The notes: generated by a model not told the origin, from the letters alone. DNA of 50,551 bases from Luminiphilus sp. (GCA_965656285.1 CBFHJX010000001.1:1-50551); one strand, 5' to 3'. Positions 17,947 to 27,722 are shown, numbered from the stretch's first letter. Numbers and translations are program-made.

Positions 17947-19278
17947 TCAGTGCAACCACTTTGCGACCGGCCGTGACATCGCAATTTCACCCTGATCAAA
18001 GTAAGCGTCGTGGTTTTCTTCGATACTACTGAGGTCGTACAGGTAATTGACCATAATGCCAATGGATTGATCTAAGCCTTTTTCACTCACATCTGCTGCC
18101 CAGTGAATCGCATGCAGACTCGCACCGTTACCCAGGTGAAAGCGTGCCACAGGGTCTATGGCAAGATTATTGTCGCGCGTGCTGCTTAAGTACTGCGCGC
18201 AAAGTCTCACCAACGATTCCCAAAGAGGATCGGTGGTTTCACGCCCCTGGTCTTTTGCCAGCGCGCGAAGTTCGTCGAGGTTTGCCTGCGCGTTCTGTGC
18301 AGTAAGCCATCGACAGAAACCAGGAACCGGCGACAGCGTGACGTAGCGTTTGGTCTTTGGGTAGCGCTTACCGACTTCTTCAACCACTTGTTTAATCAGA
18401 AAGTTACCAAATGAGACGCCGGATAACCCCGGATGGCAGTTACTGATCGAGTAAAACACCACGGTATCAACAGCGCGCTCATCGGCGGGCTCTGCTGTCT
18501 TGTCGATCAAGGGTGCAATGGCGCTGGGTACACCGGCGGTAAGTGCGACTTCGACAAAGACCAGTGGATCGTCAGGCATCGCTGGGTGGAAAAACGCAAA
18601 ACACATGCGGTTGTCGCGTAGTCGTGATCGTAGATCGTCCCAGCCCTGAATGGCATGAACGGACTCGTACTCAATGATTTTCTCAAGCACCGCTGCAGGG
18701 GAGTTCCAGTCGATCACCCTGAGTTCTAAAAAGCCCCGATTAAACCAAGACACGAACTGATGCTTGAGGTCCGTGTCCACGGGTTTTAGATCAGGATGTT
18801 CGGACAGCAAGCCCAGTAACGTTCCGCGCATTTTTACCAGTAATGGCGTTGCGCTGGGTGCCATGTTCATTCGCCGAAATAGTTTAACCCGCGACGCTTC
18901 GGTGACACGCGAGAGGTCGGCAAGATTCTGCGAACTGGGGTCGGCCTTATAGCGGTCGGCGGCCGCAAGTATGGCGTCGCTGTCAGAGCCAAAGTCTCGA
19001 GCCAAGGCGTCAAAAAATATAATTTTATTGGGTAGATCCAGTGCTTGATAGTCCGCCATGACCTCGCAGGCCAGCGCCAGACCAGAGGCCTCACCGCGAT
19101 GATGTAAGAGTTGTCGACATTTGGTGAGCAAGTCCTCAGAGGGCGCTTGTGCAGTGCCTTGTCGACGACGTGCCAAAATATCTCGACCTGCATTGATGAC
19201 CGAGGCTAAAAGCCCCGAGAAACCGCTTGTAGATGTTTCCGAACGCGTGTCGATGGGGGGCTGAATTTCGCCTGACAT
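17947..19278 (-). CDS. Malonyl-CoA decarboxylase
   Basis: WFNRGFLEL, LEKIIEYESVH, FFHPAMP.DPLVFVEVAL, FYSISNC, GNFLIKQVV, TLSPVPGF, DPVARFHLGNGA, MVNYLY. Confidence 0.93.
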   Translation of the reverse strand: MSGEIQPPIDTRSETSTSGFSGLLASVINAGRDILARRRQGTAQAPSEDLLTKCRQLLHHRGEASGLALACEVMADYQALDLPNKIIFFDALARDFGSDSDAILAAADRYKADPSSQNLADLSRVTEASRVKLFRRMNMAPSATPLLVKMRGTLLGLLSEHPDLKPVDTDLKHQFVSWFNRGFLELRVIDWNSPAAVLEKIIEYESVHAIQGWDDLRSRLRDNRMCFAFFHPAMPDDPLVFVEVALTAGVPSAIAPLIDKTAEPADERAVDTVVFYSISNCHPGLSGVSFGNFLIKQVVEEVGKRYPKTKRYVTLSPVPGFCRWLTAQNAQANLDELRALAKDQGRETTDPLWESLVRLCAQYLSSTRDNNLAIDPVARFHLGNGASLHAIHWAADVSEKGLDQSIGIMVNYLYDLSSIEENHDAYFDQGEIAMSRPVAKWLH

Positions 19279-19517
19279 AACCCGTCACTCCATGGGTGGC
19301 TCTCGATGACTATAGCGATGGTTTGGACAGGCAAGCAACGTATTTGACGCGTATTTTTGTGCGAAATCAGCGTTTAGTGATCTCTTGGTACCGCATCACC
19401 ATCGTCAGGACTTGTCTCTGTCGCTGTGCGGTAAACGTCGGCTCAGATAACGCTGCGACTTAATGTTGCTGATCCTGTATTGGCTCGATCGTTTTATTAC
19501 CGTGACAATGTGCCTCG

Positions 19518-19558
19518 AATCCATAAATGCAAATGATAATCATTTGCATTTATGGATT
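19518..19558. promoter_or_regulatory. Perfect 41-bp palindrome containing a Fur box
   Basis: AATCCATAAATGCAAATGAT-A-ATCATTTGCATTTATGGATT (20-bp arms, 1-bp centre). The core AATGATAATCATT matches the Fur consensus. Confidence 0.8.
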
Positions 19559-19601
19559 GGGCGCGATAGTCTTCACTGCACCCTAGTGAATAGCCATCAT
19601 T

Positions 19602-20087
19602 ATGTTCGTACCCTGTATTTTAACCCCCCATTTTTTGGACGCTGACGCACTGAATATTATCTGTCGCTCGCCTGGAGCAGCCGATGTGTCGTGGAAGCTA
19701 TTGACCGAAAAGGCTGCTTGCTACTTGCGCGCGAATGACTACGAGACCGCATTTTTGGTGGTCGGTGGCGCTTTACAGATCGCCTGTGAAGAGCTTAGGA
19801 GCGACCCGGCACCTGGTTGGCGGTGGGCCATGCGCATGGTGGAGAGTAGTAATATGATCGTCGTGTCGCTTAAAGCACTGGGTTTTCAGGAACTCGTAGT
19901 TCCACTAATGCGACAGGTCGAACGCCAAATAGACGTCGTTTCCGATCTTTCTGAGTGCCCGCCGGGGAAGGACGCCTCCTGGCTGTGCCAATGGTGTCAA
20001 TCGTTGCATAGCCCGCAGCGCCAAGATCAACTACTCGCCCGCTATTTACGCGTTACTGCCCAAACTGTTCATTGGCAGCACCACTAA
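19602..20087 (+). CDS. Hypothetical Cys-rich protein, probably Fur-regulated
   Basis: 161-aa ORF filling the gap 43 bp downstream of the Fur-like palindrome; 7 Cys including CQWC; ends HWQHH. Confidence 0.6.
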   Translation: MFVPCILTPHFLDADALNIICRSPGAADVSWKLLTEKAACYLRANDYETAFLVVGGALQIACEELRSDPAPGWRWAMRMVESSNMIVVSLKALGFQELVVPLMRQVERQIDVVSDLSECPPGKDASWLCQWCQSLHSPQRQDQLLARYLRVTAQTVHWQHH

Positions 20088-20205
20088 AGCCTAGCGATTC
20101 CTTGGCGCTCTCCGGCATCATTGATTACTATTCGTCCGCGGGCATTCGCCGCTCATTACCGGCAGGTCGGATGTGTTTACAGTAGATAGAGAGTGGTATT
20201 TCAAA

Positions 20206-21741
20206 ATGTTAAAGCGCGTTGATCAATCGGCAGTTTTAGTGCCTCTTATTTTAGTGCTCAGCGCCTGTGGTGGCGGTGGCGGTTCTAGCTCAGAGCCAGT
20301 CGTGGTGAATCCTGCGCCGGTTACTCCAGTACCGGACCCTGTCTTACAAAGCTTTGCGTTATTGGCGCAAAATAACGCCGATTTAGATGCTGACATTGAA
20401 TTCAATATTGACGGCGAAACCTTCACCGCCCGGCTTCCAAGTGACGCCGCGGTGACGTCACTGGTACCCACATTTACCTTCGAGGGGTCTCAGGTGCTGG
20501 TCAATGGGGCACCGCAAGCCTCTGGGGAGGACGCCCAAGATCTAACGAGTGTTGTGTCTTACACCGTGGAGAATGAGTCTGGAGCGACCAAGACGTACGC
20601 GATTGATCTAACGCGATTTACGGGTCTCCCTATTATTCATCTAAATACCGATAACGCCATCACGTCCAAAGACGATTACGTCGCGGGTACCTTCATGATG
20701 GATGGCTGGCGAAATTACGACTCGGTTGACGAAATGGCCATGAAAATCAGAGGCCGTGGGAACTCAACTTGGCAGCACCCTAAAAAGCCCTATCAAATGA
20801 AACTGGAGTCGAAACGCGCCTTGTTTGGAATGCCTGAAGACAAAAAGTGGCTCTTGCTCGCAGAGTATTCTGACAAAACACTCATGCGCAACCACCTGGC
20901 GTTTGAGCTCGGCAGCATGAGCAACCTGGCTTGGACACCCAGTGGCCATTACGCAGAAGTCTTCGTCAACGGCAATCACGATGGTGTCTACCACATCTCT
21001 GAAAAAGTCGAGGACGGCGGTAACCGGGTCGACATTGGTGACACGGGATTTTTGCTTGAAATTGATCAGCCCAGTCGTCTGGATCCGGACGACGTCTCCT
21101 TTCGCACAGACACCTACCTCATCAATATTAAAGAGCCGAACCTCGATTACGCGGATCCCAAGTTTAGTCAGGTGCGTCAGCACCTCAATGACTTCGAAGC
21201 AGTACTCTTTAGCGCCGAGTTTGCGGACCCCGAGACGGGTTACGCGTCCTACGCTGACGTGGACAGTTTCGTTGACTGGTTTCTGATTAACGAAATTGCC
21301 AAAAATGTGGATGCGCAGTGGTATTCCAGTATTTATCTACACTGGATTCCTGGTGAAAAAATTAAGATGGGACCCATCTGGGACTTTGACCTTGGATTTG
21401 GAAACGTTGACTACGCGGACGCGACCTACCCCGAAGGTTGGTGGGTCAGGTACAACGACTGGATCAGTCGAATGTTGGAGGATCCGGCGTTCGCTGAGAG
21501 AGTCAAAGAGCGTTACGCCTACTTCGACGCACAACGACCCGCGATTAAGCAGAACATCGCTACCTGGTCTCAATCGCTCGACCTAGCGCAAGCCGAAAAT
21601 GACTCTATTTGGCAAACGCTTGGCGAATACGTGTGGCCCAATCCAGTGGTCTATGACACGTACCAAGAAGAAGTCGATCATCTGGTGGACTGGCTGGATA
21701 CGAGGATGGACTGGCTCGGTAACGCGATTTCAGGACTCTAA
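20206..21741 (+). CDS. CotH-family kinase lipoprotein with N-terminal Ig-like domain
   Basis: Lipobox LSAC followed by a G/P linker; KIRGRGNSTW, KKPYQMK, KWLLLA, RNHLAFEL, GPIWDFDLGFG. Confidence 0.88.
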   Translation: MLKRVDQSAVLVPLILVLSACGGGGGSSSEPVVVNPAPVTPVPDPVLQSFALLAQNNADLDADIEFNIDGETFTARLPSDAAVTSLVPTFTFEGSQVLVNGAPQASGEDAQDLTSVVSYTVENESGATKTYAIDLTRFTGLPIIHLNTDNAITSKDDYVAGTFMMDGWRNYDSVDEMAMKIRGRGNSTWQHPKKPYQMKLESKRALFGMPEDKKWLLLAEYSDKTLMRNHLAFELGSMSNLAWTPSGHYAEVFVNGNHDGVYHISEKVEDGGNRVDIGDTGFLLEIDQPSRLDPDDVSFRTDTYLINIKEPNLDYADPKFSQVRQHLNDFEAVLFSAEFADPETGYASYADVDSFVDWFLINEIAKNVDAQWYSSIYLHWIPGEKIKMGPIWDFDLGFGNVDYADATYPEGWWVRYNDWISRMLEDPAFAERVKERYAYFDAQRPAIKQNIATWSQSLDLAQAENDSIWQTLGEYVWPNPVVYDTYQEEVDHLVDWLDTRMDWLGNAISGL

Positions 21742-22089
21742 GGGGTTGATTCGTCGCTGTGGTTGATCGCGACGGTGAGTGTGGATTGTCCCGGACTTCG
21801 AGGTGAGCTTCACTGATGCGTCTATCAGGATGATAACGAGGTGTTGCGTGTTGGCCGTTCAGGGGAAAGGCCTCTTCGAGGTGGCGCGTGAACACTGTGC
21901 GCCTGAGCTGGCAGGTTGCGAGCGCTCGCAACCTCCGTCGGTACGCTGAACGCATTGGATGATCCTTACTATGACACCGATTTCAAGCATCGTTCTGACA
22001 CAAAAGTCATTAGATTTAGTGCCGCCGTATTGTCAGATTCAGTGGTCGGTAATCGTGATACCGTAATAAAAAGCACCAGGAGATCAGTC

Positions 22090-22806
22090 GTGACAAATAT
22101 TCCAGATGCGCGTCCCGCAAGTACTGTTGTGCTGCTGCGAGATACCCACAATGGTATGGAAACGCTCATGCTAAAGCGTAACAAGGCGCTAATGTTTGCC
22201 GGTGGGCTCTGGGTATTTCCTGGTGGTGCACTGGAGCCGGCCGACATTGAAGAAGCGGGTGGCGATATGAACACTGCCGCCCGAATCGCTGCAGCTCGCG
22301 AGGCAGTGGAAGAGTGTGGGCTCAGACCTGATCTAGAAAAGATGGTTCATCTCAGTCGTTGGACGACCCCCGTGGTCGAGCCCAAGCGATTTCAGACCTG
22401 GATATACGCGGCCCCTTTGGCTGAGAGTGCCGAGGTCGAGATTGATGGCAGTGAGATTCATGACTTTTCCTGGATTGGCGTTGCAGATGCTGTGGCGCAG
22501 CATGAGAATGGCCAGCTGGGTATGCTCCCACCCACTTACATCACACTGTGCAGCTTACTGCGCTACGCTAATACTGCAGCAATGGCCGAGGGTGAGACGC
22601 CGCAGTCACCTCATGAAGTATTCCCCATTTTTACAAAGGACGACGGTCACGTTGCGGTGCTTTTTGAGGGTGATGCTGACTACCCCACCGATGATAACGT
22701 CACTACCGATGCGCGGCACCGGGCTGTTATGCAAGACACAAACTGGGTCTATCTCTACGAAAATGTAGCTGATCAATATCCCCCATTTGTCTCCAAACAG
22801 ACCTGA
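22090..22806 (+). CDS. NUDIX hydrolase
   Basis: RPASTVVLLRD, WVFPGG...AAAREAVEECG Nudix box; GTG 22090 with AGGAG RBS. Confidence 0.9.
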   Translation: MTNIPDARPASTVVLLRDTHNGMETLMLKRNKALMFAGGLWVFPGGALEPADIEEAGGDMNTAARIAAAREAVEECGLRPDLEKMVHLSRWTTPVVEPKRFQTWIYAAPLAESAEVEIDGSEIHDFSWIGVADAVAQHENGQLGMLPPTYITLCSLLRYANTAAMAEGETPQSPHEVFPIFTKDDGHVAVLFEGDADYPTDDNVTTDARHRAVMQDTNWVYLYENVADQYPPFVSKQT

Positions 22807-22977
22807 GTCACTGCATCGTCGATCTGCCCGGAACCTGGGTGCGTAAGTTCAGCCACGCAACCGAGACTTTTTATATACAATCACGGCGCGCGCGAGCTCG
22901 CGGCGATTTGACCCGCGCTTGGTGCGCTGCGATGTGAGCCGACTTTTTACCTTACCCCGAAGTGTTAATGGATATTT

Positions 22978-23955
22978 ATGAATACGCAGGTAACCGAGGT
23001 CTGTAGCCTCTCGAGTGAACTCCCCACAGATACCCAGCAAGCGCCGACTTGGCTGGTCAGTGCGTTGCAGGTTCCCCGGGAAGAGGGGTGGATCGACTCA
23101 GGCGGCTGTAAGGTCCACTATTTTCGCTGGGGTAATCCGGAAAATCCGCCCTTACTACTGATGCATGGTTTTTTAGCGCACGCGCGCTGTTTTGCATTCA
23201 TCGCGCCTTTTTTGGCAGAGCACTATCACGTGGTGGCCTATGACCTTTCGGGAATGGGTGACTCTGAGGCGCGCGAGTCTTACCCCGATAAAATCCGAGC
23301 TCAAGAAGTAGTGGATGTTGCCCGCGGGACCGGTCTTTTTGAACACGACTCAAAGCCCATCGTTATTGCTCACTCCTATGGCGGTCACGTGGGCCTGAAC
23401 GCCATGGAGCGTCATGCTGAGCTCTTCGATGGACTGATCATCTGTGACCTCATGGTGTTACGCGTCGAGCGGCTCAAGGCACACTTTTCAAACGGTAAGC
23501 CGATGCGATCAGATCGAAGTCGGCCTAATCGAATCTATCCCGACTACGCGTCGGCGCGGGCTCGTTTTGTGCTGTCGCCGCCGCAGGATGTGACAGTGGA
23601 GTACCTGAATGAATACATGGCGTACCACTCCCTAAAGCAAGTGGACGATGGGTGGACGTGGAAATTTGATATCAGTGTCTTTGACAGTGATTTTGGTGTC
23701 ACCGATCGAATTTTGAAACAAGCAGAAGCGATTGTAGCCGCTCCGGGTCGAAAGGCGATTGTCTACGGACAAGACAGTAAGCTCTTTGACGACGACTCTG
23801 CCGATTATCTTCGGGAGTGCGGTGCAACCGACATTCCAATCATCGGAATACCGGGTGCGCGCCACCACCTTATGCTGGATGAGCCGATTGCTCTGGTGAG
23901 TACACTGCGCTCTATCGTTGCGCAATGGCATGCATCCGATCAGTTTACTCGCTAA
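22978..23955 (+). CDS. Alpha/beta fold hydrolase
   Basis: HGF, DLSGMGDS, AHSYGG nucleophile, HHLMLDEP. Confidence 0.9.
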   Translation: MNTQVTEVCSLSSELPTDTQQAPTWLVSALQVPREEGWIDSGGCKVHYFRWGNPENPPLLLMHGFLAHARCFAFIAPFLAEHYHVVAYDLSGMGDSEARESYPDKIRAQEVVDVARGTGLFEHDSKPIVIAHSYGGHVGLNAMERHAELFDGLIICDLMVLRVERLKAHFSNGKPMRSDRSRPNRIYPDYASARARFVLSPPQDVTVEYLNEYMAYHSLKQVDDGWTWKFDISVFDSDFGVTDRILKQAEAIVAAPGRKAIVYGQDSKLFDDDSADYLRECGATDIPIIGIPGARHHLMLDEPIALVSTLRSIVAQWHASDQFTR

Positions 23956-24060
23956 GGGCGCCGATATTTCTCTGGATCAAGCGATGATTAGGTTCAGCCT
24001 TGTGGACTGCTTGTTGTCTGAATTGTCCCGCCGTAGTCCTCATCAGGGGAGACGGCGTCA

Positions 24061-24927
24061 ATGAAGTCGAGTGAGTACTACCCCATTTTTTTGGCGTTAC
24101 TGGGTATTTTGTTTTTTTCCATGATGGACGCCGTTATGAAGGCTCAGGCGCTCGCGATGGGAGTCTTCGCTGCGACCTTTTGGCGAGCTGCAATGGGGGC
24201 CTTAGTGGCCTCGATACTGTACCTGCCGAGGCGACCTACCATGGCGTCAGGGCGAGTCCTGAAACTGCATATTATGCGGGCCATCCTGAATGCACTGATG
24301 CTGTGTTGCCTCTTTTTTGGTTTAACACGCATTCCGTTGGCACAAGCGATTGGACTCACGTTCATCGCGCCAATTATCGCATTGTTTCTCGCCGCTCCTA
24401 TTCTGGGAGAAACAATTGATAAGGGCGCGAAGATCGCGGCATTGCTTGGGTTTGGCGGTGTCACGATCATGGTGGGCGGTGATGTCTTATTGTTAGACGT
24501 TCAGGCCGATATTCTTGGTGTTGTCGCCATACTTCTGTTTGCAGTCATGTACGCACTTTACTTGGTGTTGCAGCGCATGCAGGCCCTGGTGGCCAAGCCT
24601 TTGGAGATCGCGTTTTACCAAAATTTTATTATGCTTTTGGTCCTCTTATTGGGTCTGCCATTTGCAGGGTCACTTCCGGCTAACGCCGCGCAGTGGGCAG
24701 GCGCGCTCACCGCGGGTGTGTTGGCCGTCGGCTCGCTCATATTAATGTCCATGGCTTACCGTAAAGTTGAGGCACAACGCTTATTTGCGGTCGAATACAC
24801 CGCCTTTATCTGGGCCGCAATTTTGGGGTGGTTGATTTTTGAGGAGTCAGTAAGCACGCAAACATTACTTGGAACTGCATTAATTATTTTAGGGTGTGTT
24901 GTTACGGCTCGAAGTTCGATGCGATAG
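24061..24927 (+). CDS. DMT/EamA family transporter
   Basis: About 10 hydrophobic helices in two repeats; LGE, G.LIFEE motifs; GGGGAG RBS. Confidence 0.9.
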   Translation: MKSSEYYPIFLALLGILFFSMMDAVMKAQALAMGVFAATFWRAAMGALVASILYLPRRPTMASGRVLKLHIMRAILNALMLCCLFFGLTRIPLAQAIGLTFIAPIIALFLAAPILGETIDKGAKIAALLGFGGVTIMVGGDVLLLDVQADILGVVAILLFAVMYALYLVLQRMQALVAKPLEIAFYQNFIMLLVLLLGLPFAGSLPANAAQWAGALTAGVLAVGSLILMSMAYRKVEAQRLFAVEYTAFIWAAILGWLIFEESVSTQTLLGTALIILGCVVTARSSMR

Positions 24928-24959
24928 TCTTGCAGTCTCGTCTAACAATAAATTGCCTA

Positions 24960-26978
24960 ATGAAAATCCTAAAGACAGCTCTTGTCATCAGTGTCGGCCT
25001 GCTTGTCGCCTGCGCTGAAAAATCCTTAGAACGCGATGAGACGACCGATCGAATCTTATCACCCTGGCATTCGCTCACGAGCGAGGAAGTGGCCGAGGTG
25101 GCGACAGCGGTGACCGAGTCAGTTGACGCTCAAGTTGTCTTTAATCGCATCAGTTTGCTGGAGCCTCACAAGCAGGATGCACTTGCGTGGGACGCTCAAA
25201 GTGTTGCTGCGCGAGGAGCCGATGTTTTGTATCGGTCAGAAAAATCATCCTATCGCGCGCACTACGATTTCCAGACAAGTGTGCTGTCCGATCCGCAGCC
25301 CATTGTCAGTGGTCAGCCGATGCTTGTTGGAGCCGAGATAATCACTGCACTTGACGCCGTGAACGCACTCCCTGAAGTGAGGGCGGCGCTTGAGCGTCGC
25401 GGCGTCAGCGCGCGCAACGGGTTGTGCTTACCGCGCACGGTCGGCCGATTTTTTACAAGCCTTGCCGATCCTGTTACCGACCGTTTGGTCCGCTTTGACT
25501 GTTTCAATATTCGAGGGCAAAGCGGTTTAGGTGTGCTGCCGACGACCAGTGCTTATGCGCGTCCAGTTGAAGGGATTAGCGTGCTCTTCGATGTTGAGGA
25601 GCTTCGTTTGATCGAATTTGTTGACTCGTTTGCTGATACTGAGGCGCCACCAAGCGACTTTGACGTCATTGAATTTCACGCCTCGGCGCTTGAGACGCGC
25701 GCTCCCTTAAATGAAGTCGCTATTGCTCAGGAGCAAGGCCCTAACTTTTCGGTGACGGGCAGCCAAATTGATTGGCAGAACTGGCGATTTCACCTTCGGT
25801 TCGATCCGCGTCAAGGGACTGTCTTAAACAATGTGGGGATTGTTACGGACGAGGGGGTGCGGTCTGTTGCTTACGAGATCGCCATGTCTGAGATGTTTGT
25901 GCCATACCAAGACCCCGACATTCACTGGTTTTATCGCGCCTACTTCGACATGGGTGAGTACGGATTTGGCAACATGGCCACTGCGCTGAAGGGAAACGAT
26001 TGCCCACCGAATGCCGTTTTCCAAAATGTTGTGCTGCACACCGCCGCTGGAGAGCCTTTTGTCGCTGAAAACCGCGTCTGTATTTTTGAGTTTGATCCGG
26101 GCTACCCCAGTTGGCGTCATCATGAGTCGCTATATGACGAGGTGCCGGGCATCGAGAAACATAACTCACGGCGGGCAACGAATCTTGTGGTTCGCATGGT
26201 GGCGGTGATCGGGAACTACGACTATTTCCAAGACTACGTTTTCCAGCAAGACGGCAGGATGCGAATTCGACTTATTTCAACAGGGGTAGACGCCACGAAA
26301 GGTGTTTTCGCTGCGACACTTGCAGACCCTTCGGCCCAGGCTGAAACAGCGACTGGTACGTTGATCGCGCCCTATAGACTGGGGGTGAACCACGACCACT
26401 TTTTTAGTTACCGCATAGATTTCGACATCGACGACGTGGACAACAACTTTGTCAGGCAGCGTCTGCAGCGTGTGACGCAACCGAGCGACGCGACGCGACA
26501 AGGTGTCTGGGGCGTCACCCGTGAAGCCGTAAAGAGCGAGCAGCAGGCGCAAACGGTGATGCAGGTCGATAAGCCTGCATTGCTGACATTTTCGAGTAGC
26601 GCCTCGAAAAATGCCATGGGTTATGACACGTCTTACCAGCTGATGTTTCCCAACATACGCCCGCTGGTGACGCTGGACGATCCTATTTATCAGCGCGCGG
26701 GCTTTTTGAAAAATAATTTGTGGGTGACGAAATACAGACGTGATGAGCTGTTCTCCAGTGGCATCGCCGTCAATCAGTCCGCGCCTGGAGTCGGTCTACC
26801 ACACTACGCGGGCAATAATGATGCTCTGGAAAATAGCGACCTTGTGGCGTGGCCGACGATTGGTTTTCACCATGTTCCTATGGCGGAGGACTGGCCGGTG
26901 ATGCCCGCAAAGGTTGATGAAATCGTGTTGAAACCGCGTAACTTTTTTGACCGAAATCCGGCACTAGACGTGCCTTAA
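24960..26978 (+). CDS. Copper-containing (TPQ) amine oxidase, lipoprotein
   Basis: YFDMGEYG (catalytic Asp), GNYDY (TPQ precursor Tyr at 26217), HDH and FHH Cu ligands, EDWPVMP, LKPRNFFDRNP; lipobox LLVAC. Confidence 0.92.
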   Translation: MKILKTALVISVGLLVACAEKSLERDETTDRILSPWHSLTSEEVAEVATAVTESVDAQVVFNRISLLEPHKQDALAWDAQSVAARGADVLYRSEKSSYRAHYDFQTSVLSDPQPIVSGQPMLVGAEIITALDAVNALPEVRAALERRGVSARNGLCLPRTVGRFFTSLADPVTDRLVRFDCFNIRGQSGLGVLPTTSAYARPVEGISVLFDVEELRLIEFVDSFADTEAPPSDFDVIEFHASALETRAPLNEVAIAQEQGPNFSVTGSQIDWQNWRFHLRFDPRQGTVLNNVGIVTDEGVRSVAYEIAMSEMFVPYQDPDIHWFYRAYFDMGEYGFGNMATALKGNDCPPNAVFQNVVLHTAAGEPFVAENRVCIFEFDPGYPSWRHHESLYDEVPGIEKHNSRRATNLVVRMVAVIGNYDYFQDYVFQQDGRMRIRLISTGVDATKGVFAATLADPSAQAETATGTLIAPYRLGVNHDHFFSYRIDFDIDDVDNNFVRQRLQRVTQPSDATRQGVWGVTREAVKSEQQAQTVMQVDKPALLTFSSSASKNAMGYDTSYQLMFPNIRPLVTLDDPIYQRAGFLKNNLWVTKYRRDELFSSGIAVNQSAPGVGLPHYAGNNDALENSDLVAWPTIGFHHVPMAEDWPVMPAKVDEIVLKPRNFFDRNPALDVP

Positions 26979-27050
26979 TAGCGCGCCTTAGACCGCTTAG
27001 GTCATTTGAAATGCCACCTGCACTTGCGGCGTGTAGTTCGATAGAAATTC

Positions 27051-27722
27051 TCAGCGGCCGAAGTCTAAGGTCAACAGTAGTCGCGAAGCGTCTTCGGAGC
27101 TCGGGGAGCGGTGAACAAGCCCTGCGCCCTCGTTTCCATCCCAAGCCTCGCCTTTGAGTAGGCCGACGGCCCCGCTATCTAGCACGCGAATGTCCTGCTC
27201 CGCGGTGTAGGTGCCACGCTCACGATCTGACTCTAGAGAAGCCGAAGGGCCGAGCTTTGAGCGATCTACCCTAGGGTATTCTAGCCACTGTGTTCCGGGG
27301 CCCACATAGGTCGAAATGAGACGGCAGGGGACCTTGTCGACGTGAAATCGTGGGCACATTGCGCTGCGCAATACCGTTAACCGCAGACCCACGTGTTCGA
27401 CGTTGAAAAGGCAAGAGAACATGTCGACTAAGCAAGTAATATCCTCGGCGAGAACGTCTGTATCGCTGTCCGGTAACACCTTTATGAGGCTTTTAAAAAC
27501 AGATCGGGGTGTTGTCATTAGGCTGACCTGAAAGCCCGGATCTGTCATCACGAGGTGTGTAACCGAGGCGCGTAGCAAAGGGTCCAAAGTGCGATTCCAG
27601 ACCGTCATATTCACGTCGTCTTGGTAAATCTCAGGCAGGCAAGAAACGTCATCTCCAATCACAGTCCTTCGTGTTTTAGCACCGATTTTTGCACGTTCTT
27701 GTGGTGCTGCTAAAACACTCAC
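27051..27722 (-). CDS. DUF1826 domain protein (Zur-regulon associated)
   Basis: MCPRFHVD, RLISTY.GPGTQW, LLKGEAW, GLVHRSP, RLLLTLD; GTG 27722 overlaps the zigA stop. Confidence 0.85.
   Translation of the reverse strand: MSVLAAPQERAKIGAKTRRTVIGDDVSCLPEIYQDDVNMTVWNRTLDPLLRASVTHLVMTDPGFQVSLMTTPRSVFKSLIKVLPDSDTDVLAEDITCLVDMFSCLFNVEHVGLRLTVLRSAMCPRFHVDKVPCRLISTYVGPGTQWLEYPRVDRSKLGPSASLESDRERGTYTAEQDIRVLDSGAVGLLKGEAWDGNEGAGLVHRSPSSEDASRLLLTLDFGR

Noticed and set aside
19463-19645. 60-aa ORF containing 'NANDNHLHL'
   Set aside because: This is simply the translation of the Fur-box palindrome; no RBS.
21605-22089. 116-aa minus ORF and the 58-aa N-terminal extension of the NUDIX gene
   Set aside because: Low-complexity Arg-rich shadow ORF; the NUDIX domain begins at GTG 22090 behind AGGAG.
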